From NCBI RefSeq assembly GCF_009914755.1, contig NC_060927.1: 64,000 nt of DNA. The stretch is one strand, 5' to 3'. The stretch's first letter is position 1; the number at the start of each line of letters is the position of its first letter. The notes beneath the pieces were generated by a model. The model ran no database searches and was not told where the DNA came from. It worked only from the letters and a program-made list of their open reading frames with translations. Made by a program: the position numbers and the translations under genes. This document shows positions 56,293-64,000 of the stretch, piece after piece. Source of the DNA: the human T2T-CHM13v2.0 reference genome, Homo sapiens.

Positions 56293-59264
56293 CATCATCT
56301 TAAATGATTAATTCATCCATCCACTTGAAAATTTGTGAAGTGTCTACCTAAAGTCTAACACTGTACCAGACCCTGGGGATACAAAGATGAGTGTGATACT
56401 CTCCCTGCTCCGGAAGAGCCCTGTAGTTTGTTTGTTTTAATTACGTCCAGTTTCCCAGAGTTGGTTGTTTTGACTCTTAGGAATATTGTGGAATTTTCTT
56501 TCTCTGGTTGGTCGATTAGAAGATAGTTGTACTGAAGTCATTATTTGCATCTGAAAGTCTTCCAATAGGTTCTTTTGCATGTCAAAATATTTTCAAGGTC
56601 TAAATAAATAAATAACAAAAGACCACTCTGGACACTAGGGAGATGTAGAATACAAATATAGTCTCTCAATTCTAAGAAGTATCCAAATCAGCACTCAAGT
56701 CATAAAGATGTATCCATTGGGGATAAATAAATAGTATGTAAGAGAGTTTTAAAATGTTAAACATATTGGACTTCTCTTGATTTTAGTGTAATTTATTCAT
56801 ATTTCAATTTATGCCTCATTGTTTCTTATCACATAAATAGCATTTATTCAATAAGACAGATAATAGTCTAGTAGGAAAAGGGAGAAAGAAAATGTGTCTG
56901 TCATAAAGTTTATATTATTTTTTCGATTGAGAAACTAATCTGAGTTGGACGTTCCTGTTGTCCAGAAGAAAATAAGAAACATCTTTGGCTACAGAATTTT
57001 TATTCTCAAAAAGGGGAAAGCTTATCAACTTCTCATGGTTTCGAGGGGCTATGAAAAAAATTCTAGAAATACTTTAAACCTTACCATACAGAGATACTGA
57101 ATGACATACTACTCATTGTCTGCTAAAATAATTTTATAACAAATATATTTCTTGACATCACTAATAACAATGAAATGCTTCATACTAGAATGCAAAATAC
57201 TGAATGTGATTCAACAAGAGACCAATCTCCTATAGACAGAGTACAGAGTATGGCACTTTCAGACATTACAGCTTTACTGAGGAACATAACTCAGATTTTT
57301 GAGATGTCTGTTTGGGCTCCATATCCCTTTCTGTTTCTTTTAAATATAAATTAGCTATTTCACTGACAGGACTTGGTAATAAAGTGTTAGATATATAATG
57401 GTTACTTTGTAAAGGTAACAGAGTTTTGAGATTATACAATTCTGTGGGAATATAGGATAGCAGTGGAAAAATTCTTTAATATCAAAAATCACTTGCTTCT
57501 ACCATTTTTGATCATATTTATTTTAATTGGTACATCCTTCTACCCTTTAGTTTTTTCTCCTAAAAAAAAGGATAATGACATCAGTTTTCCTTTTTATACA
57601 ATTTTATGAAGTTAAAGATAAATAATGGAAATACATGATTTTTGTAAACCACGGGACACTTTATATATTATATTTATGTAATTATGTAAACTAATATCAT
57701 TAAAGTGGAACAATCTATATTAAAATTTGAACTGCCCAAGTACCCTATGATTAATATGCATGCCATTATGAATGTCTGTTTGTGCTTTGTATAAAGCCAA
57801 TGAAACTCAGGTACTGAAAAGCAACAACAACAGCAAGAAAAAATGGAGACAATAACTAAGCAGCAGCTGCGAGTAGACTACTGAAATGCAAAAAGGGCAA
57901 AGCGGATGCTTTGTGTATCTTAACCTGAAATAGGAGATACCTGCTAGGTGGATGATATCTTAAAGAGAAAATACAAAATCATTGTCCTTATTTAAAGTGA
58001 GCAAATATTATTAGAAATCATAGGTAAGAGGAAATGAGAAAAACTAAATGGCACATATGTAAAAATGTTCACTATTCTTAGAATATTATTGTATGCATTA
58101 TAGTGAAACATAAATTTTTTAACTAAATCTAAGACATTGTCTTCAATAGTATAGGAGAACAGGATATCAGAGTGAAAAAGAGCAGTAATTATCTTATTTT
58201 TTTTCAGTTTTACTTTTTAATAAGCTGAAGACAAATTGACAAAATTGAGCACACCGTAGCAGAGGGTAGCAGCTCTCATTTGTCAGAGTAACATGTACAT
58301 TTTAGAGAATCTACTCATGTGATGGTGTTGCTGAATTTCTAAGTGATACATAACAATAAGGGAGATGAGTCTGAGACTGGTATCGCCACCCACACCAGGC
58401 ATACAAACAGCATTTCATGGATAAAATGTTTATTAGATATAAAGGTGAGAGAAAATGAGGATGTCTAAAAGTATCTGTTACCTTTTGAGATGATTTAAGT
58501 AACATAACTAAAATGCTGCATATCAAAAATTGAACTTGAATCAAATTCTCACTTTTTCGCTTTGGTAGTAATGATTACATTTGATTTTAGATATTCAAGC
58601 TATAATCTGATTATTTTTAAAAATTGTATTAGAGGAACATTAGTGGAGAATAACAATGTGTGAACTAAAGTCTAGGTGTGACAAGGGTTTGAATGTTTAC
58701 GGTTGAGCAGCAGGCATATGAAAAAAAAAAGTTTTCATGTGTATGCATTTTATATTTTGTCAGGGATGGGTAAAACTGGTCAGCACTGCCTACTAAAAAG
58801 CTATTAAATAATGACACAGAATAGTGGGTGGTTGAGAGAATCACCTTTAAAGTCAATCATGTACAATTCCTTTATCTACCATTTTCTAACCATGTGATCT
58901 TCAAGTTACATGAACCATCTGATTCTATTTCCTTATCAATGAAAGTTATATAATAACATGTACTATATAGTGTGACTTTGTGTAGTAAATAAAATAAGTA
59001 TTGAAAGTGCAAAATTTTGGCAACGGCTATTGTTATCAAAGAAAGTACCTTCAAACTACTAACTGTTTATTTCCAAACTTTGTCATGAAACACCTTCAAA
59101 TTTATAAGTGAAAATGTCATGAACATAGAGGACATAAGTTTCCAAAAATATTTTAATAAAACCCTAGAAGTATTTTAATGGGGAAAATATAGAATCTGAA
59201 AAGACTGGATAAAAATACAAATATGTATTCACCATCCCTCCATCTTGGTTTCATCTCTGTTTAG

Positions 59265-59588
<324 letters not shown>

Positions 59589-59842
59589 GTTTAGCCATCC
59601 TAACAAATGAATTATTAAGTTAACAATAGAAGAAAATCCTTCTGTACTAAAGAAGTGCTAGATTCTATGGATTTAATAGGTTTATAAAGCTCCAGGCAAT
59701 ATTAATGAGAAAATACACATGTCTAGGCATATTTTCGTGTAATCTCATGCACTTTGGAGACTAGTAAAATGTTTGAAGATGGAAAAAACAAATATTGTGC
59801 CACAAGTGAGCAAGAGGCCAGAAAATATATCTAAAAAGTTCA

Positions 59843-60144
59843 GGCTGGGCATGGTGACTCACATCTGTAATCCCAGCACTTTGGGAGGCTGAGGCAGGCG
59901 GATCATGAGGTCAGGAGTTCGAGACCAGCCTGGCCAGCATGGTGAAACCCCGTCTCTACTAAAAAAAAAAAAAAAAAAAAAAATTAGCCATACGTGGTGG
60001 CGCATGCCTGTAATCCCAACTACTTGGGAGGCTGAGGCAGGAGAATTGCTTGAACCTGGTAGGCAGAGGTCTCAGTGAGCCGAGATCACTCAATTGCACT
60101 TCAGCCCAGGCAACAAGAACAAAACTCTGTCTCAAAAAAAAAAA
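59843..60144 (+). mobile_element. AluS (Sg-like) SINE with A23 linker
   Basis: GGATCATGAGGTCAGGAGTTCGAGACCAGCC; middle linker is a pure A run 59961-59983. Confidence 0.93.
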
Positions 60145-63100
60145 ATCAAATTGGTGAGCTAGTGGGAAGCAATATCTTCCTGCTACAGATGAAAAAATAT
60201 CTCTGGTTTAAAGTGAGGGGAAAAGACTGTGTTGCAGAGATCCTAAACTACAATGCCTTCAGATCCAAGGCAGCCCACATAAGGAACATGGCATTAAGGA
60301 TTGGAGGCAACTGTGGTGTACTGGGGAGCACATCTAAAGAGATTCACATGAGTTATTTTGAAACCTTAACTGCATACCGAACAAACATTTCTGCAGGCTG
60401 AATTTGGCCTGCAGTCTTCCCTCTGTCCCTAACTTATTGGGATACTCTGTATATGGCAACAATAGCAATAACAGTTTCTATACTTTGGTGTTATCTCTGT
60501 CACCTGTTACTGTTAAGGGTGAATGGAATGATTCAGAGGGGTTGGATTTGTATAGTCTTTATTTGCTCAGATGTTATCCTTGGAAAGCATATTACATTTT
60601 ACCCTACACACGTATACACCCACACATACACCACTCCTCTAAGAAACATAACCTTCATTTGTTCATTTAATGTATATTGTCTCAGATCATAGCAGGTGCA
60701 GATATATCTAGTAAAAAGTAGATTTAATGCCAATGAATGAAAACTGAAGTTGCACACCAGTAACTTCTTAAATGCTCCCAGATCTGAAGCAGCATAGGTG
60801 AAGAAATACTGTATAAAACACAAAACTGAATCCCGGTTTCAACTGCAACCACATCTTCTCACAAATGTTATGTAAACCATAACATTATAGAAAAAAACAA
60901 TGATTTTACTATCACTTATGTACCATAGTACATAACGGTATGATTTTATTATGTAATACAATAAGTTCAATTAAAAAGACCTATGTGACCAGATTATTTA
61001 AATTACAAAATTAGCTCTAATAACCGTGATGATACCATTTAGTTCCAAATTAGAATGACTTAAGCATTCAATCAGCTCTTCCCCGAATTCTTTTATTTCA
61101 CAATTTTCTCTGTCTCATCAATAGAAGATATATGCTCTTTAAAGTTATCATAGCCTTAATGTGGTATATTTTCTAGGTCAAAAAATAGAAGAATATGACA
61201 CAGATAAAAACACTGGCAGAGGGCAACTTGCTTACCCTTACCTAGAATTTTTATATTTCTAGCAGTGACCCAGGCCCATATTCAATACCTTGAAATGGCA
61301 AATGGTTGCTTTTTAAGCTTTCAGGTCTGATCAGGCATTTATTTTGAACATCTAGGTAAAGAAAAATGCTTCTATTTGTTTGTTTTTAAACCCTTTATCT
61401 TGTATCTCGGTGGAACTGACCTAAAGCTATATCTGGAATTATTCACATGTGAAAAGGCAATGCGAGTCAATACAAGTAAGGGCATTTTTAGCTAGAAGCT
61501 GAAATTAACCTTCAGAAACTTTGCAATCCAGATGTGAGCTGCTCCACATCAGCAAGGAGAACAGCTATCCCTTAACAGGAGTAAAAGGTTTCCTACGCCA
61601 GTCAAAAGTAAACAAGGCTAGTTGATCCTAATATTTCTTTTTGATGTGTTTGAGTCACTGATTCTTTCTCCTTCAACAAACTAAAATTCTTTTAAAAGCA
61701 TCTTTGAGGAGTAAGTTGCTCTGAAACATGTACCCTACAGCAGAAACACTTAAAACAAAAATAATAGATATACAGTTACAATTTAACAATTTCTCATTTT
61801 GTTATATTTTCACTCACTTTAAAATATGAAAGTCGCTAAATATATGGGTAAGGACAATTGGTATACATTTGTCATGGAATCAAAATAAGGATTAAGATTC
61901 CCGGTATGTCCTTAGCAGAATTGGATTTAGAAGCTATTTTTACATAATTTTTCTCATGGCCAGAGGTAATTTTATGATGTGTATTAATTCAAACCAAAGT
62001 TCTAGACATTTAAAATGAATTAATAAGTGAATATTATTTAAGACTTTCATGACCATTTTTACCTCAGAAGTTCAGTGTTTTCCCTAAGATCTAAAAAATT
62101 TTATACATTAAAATGTCAGAGTATCTTTTAAATTTACCAAATCAATGTTGATAATATTTTCTAACTAGTGTGAAATTCATAAGCTAAATTATCAAAAAAA
62201 GATATATTTCAGGATCTAAATGAATATAATACTATTCCACCTCTCAATACTTTTTTTAGAAGCTAAAATTTGGGAAATAAAAATCAATTTTTAATTCTGT
62301 TATTTACAAATTAAACCAAAAATCTTAGTTGAGTCTTAAATGAGTCTCACTTCGTAGTGTTTCTTTGTACTTAATTTCAAATGAAATTTGTTTTAGAATC
62401 AAAAGTCTCATAAGTTGTATATTTTAGTAGTGTAAACTATAGTGTTGTAGATTTATTTAATAATTAGATGAATATTATGCAGTCTCTCCATGAAAAATTA
62501 CATATATGTAAAATCATATATTAAAATTATATATATATATATATAAAAAACTCAAAATGTGCATGCAATTTCAAGTTGTCCCAAATTTATGAAGCCAACC
62601 AATAGTCCCCAAATCCACAATGAGGACTTTACATGATGAACAAAAGATGTATGGTGGAAAAACTACTAATTCAAACTGAAAAACTTGTTTTTATACTTCA
62701 GCTTTCCTGAACCAGACCATGGCTGTATCTCATTCTTTCACGTCTCTCTTGTGCCCAACTGCTTCCCTTACGTTCATTCAGGTAGAGCTGAAATTCCCAT
62801 TTAAATGTAATCCTTTAGATGTGTGATTGTAATTTAAAAATGGGGGACCCTAGTGAACCTGAGTGACTGGTTTCTTGCCAAAGCTTGCACCAGGCAAGGT
62901 TTACTAAAAACACACATTGATATCTGCATAACTCTCTCTGATCCATCAGAGGGCTTACAAGTAAAAGAAAAAGGAAGATAATTGTTAGCAAAACCAGCAT
63001 ACCAGTTTGCAAATATATATACACAAACTGAAAGATGGAAAATGGCATCCCAGTTAAAAGGGGAGAAAACGAAATTTGACCAAATAACACTACACCTATG

Positions 63101-64000
63101 CAAGTGTATTAAATTTGTACTTTAATATGATTATATTGAAAAATGAAATAAGTCTAAATGAAAATATCTTGTAGTATAATGTCACTATAGGCAAAGAGAA
63201 TAATACTCAGACACACTAAACCCCTCTGAGGTTTCCTTATGCCATAAATGCCACAAAAATTATCCTCCAGGAAAATGTATGTTTTGTTCCCCAAGAGGTA
63301 ATGGCTCAAAGGACATTATCTGTGTGTGAGTGTTCCAAAGATTTCTTTAGCATCATCCAATAGGTGCTTTAAATACTTATTTTTTATAAAGTACTTTTTG
63401 TCAGGCAATATATATGTTAGAAATTAGCAGGTCCTCCAGTTGTAAAACCTTGACATTGACTATAATTGAGGAGGTTAGTGTCAGCGTGTTCGTAAGTATT
63501 ACCTGTCATTTGAAATATGACAGTGCTGTAACTGCAAGACCTTGGGGATGCTTGTGTGTTGGTACTGCCATCTGACTGCCTTAGAAACTGCCAGACAGTC
63601 TTCTTAATGCCTCTGACCCTGAGATAATTAACATGGCCCTAGAGGCCTCTGCCTTTTCCATTTGCACACTTGTTGTTTAATAAGATGTTTGCTGCTATTT
63701 ATGCTTTCCTCTGATATAACAATGTGCCTTTAAAGAGAAAGGACTTCAGTTCCATTAAGTTTTCTGTTATAGACATTACTTCTGTGTACAAGTTGCTTAT
63801 AGACGAGTTTTGTTACTTTTCTGAAAATTAAAATATATTTCTAATATTGTGTTTTTAAGCTTGAATTTTGATTCCTGTAAATGCATTTTACAATGAGACA
63901 AACAACTTATCTGAAATATAGGCACTTACTTTGACAGTTGCATTATGTATCATGTAGACTAGAAATTGCAAAATGGAAGCCAAAAATAAAAGCAAATTTA

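Overview
AT-rich primate (very probably human) genomic DNA, intronic or intergenic in character. No protein-coding gene, rRNA, tRNA or CRISPR array can be supported. Much of the window is interspersed repeat: about 17 Alu/FAM/FLAM SINEs, ERVL-MaLR solo LTRs (MLT1, MST, THE1, some nested), L1 and L2 fragments, MIRs, and DNA transposon fossils (MER5, MER58, MER81, MER44, Tigger3a, MADE1). The largest is an apparently full-length, decayed Tigger4/Zombi at 35187-38344, the source of the only ORF with a recognisable protein domain (CENP-B-type HTH). Repeat names come from recalled consensus sequences, so subfamily calls and boundaries of old elements are approximate. The items most worth checking are: a non-repeat 22-bp perfect hairpin (29498-29570); a very young AluYa5-lineage insertion (20693-21004); a CpG-retaining segment with a PBX/PREP-type decamer and CCAAT (about 23500-24070) upstream of two frame-compatible candidate exons; an unexplained 22-bp direct repeat 1.4 kb apart; a TSD-flanked poly(T) micro-insertion; and a VNTR built of palindromic units. 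I do not see convincing evidence of a new multi-gene system.
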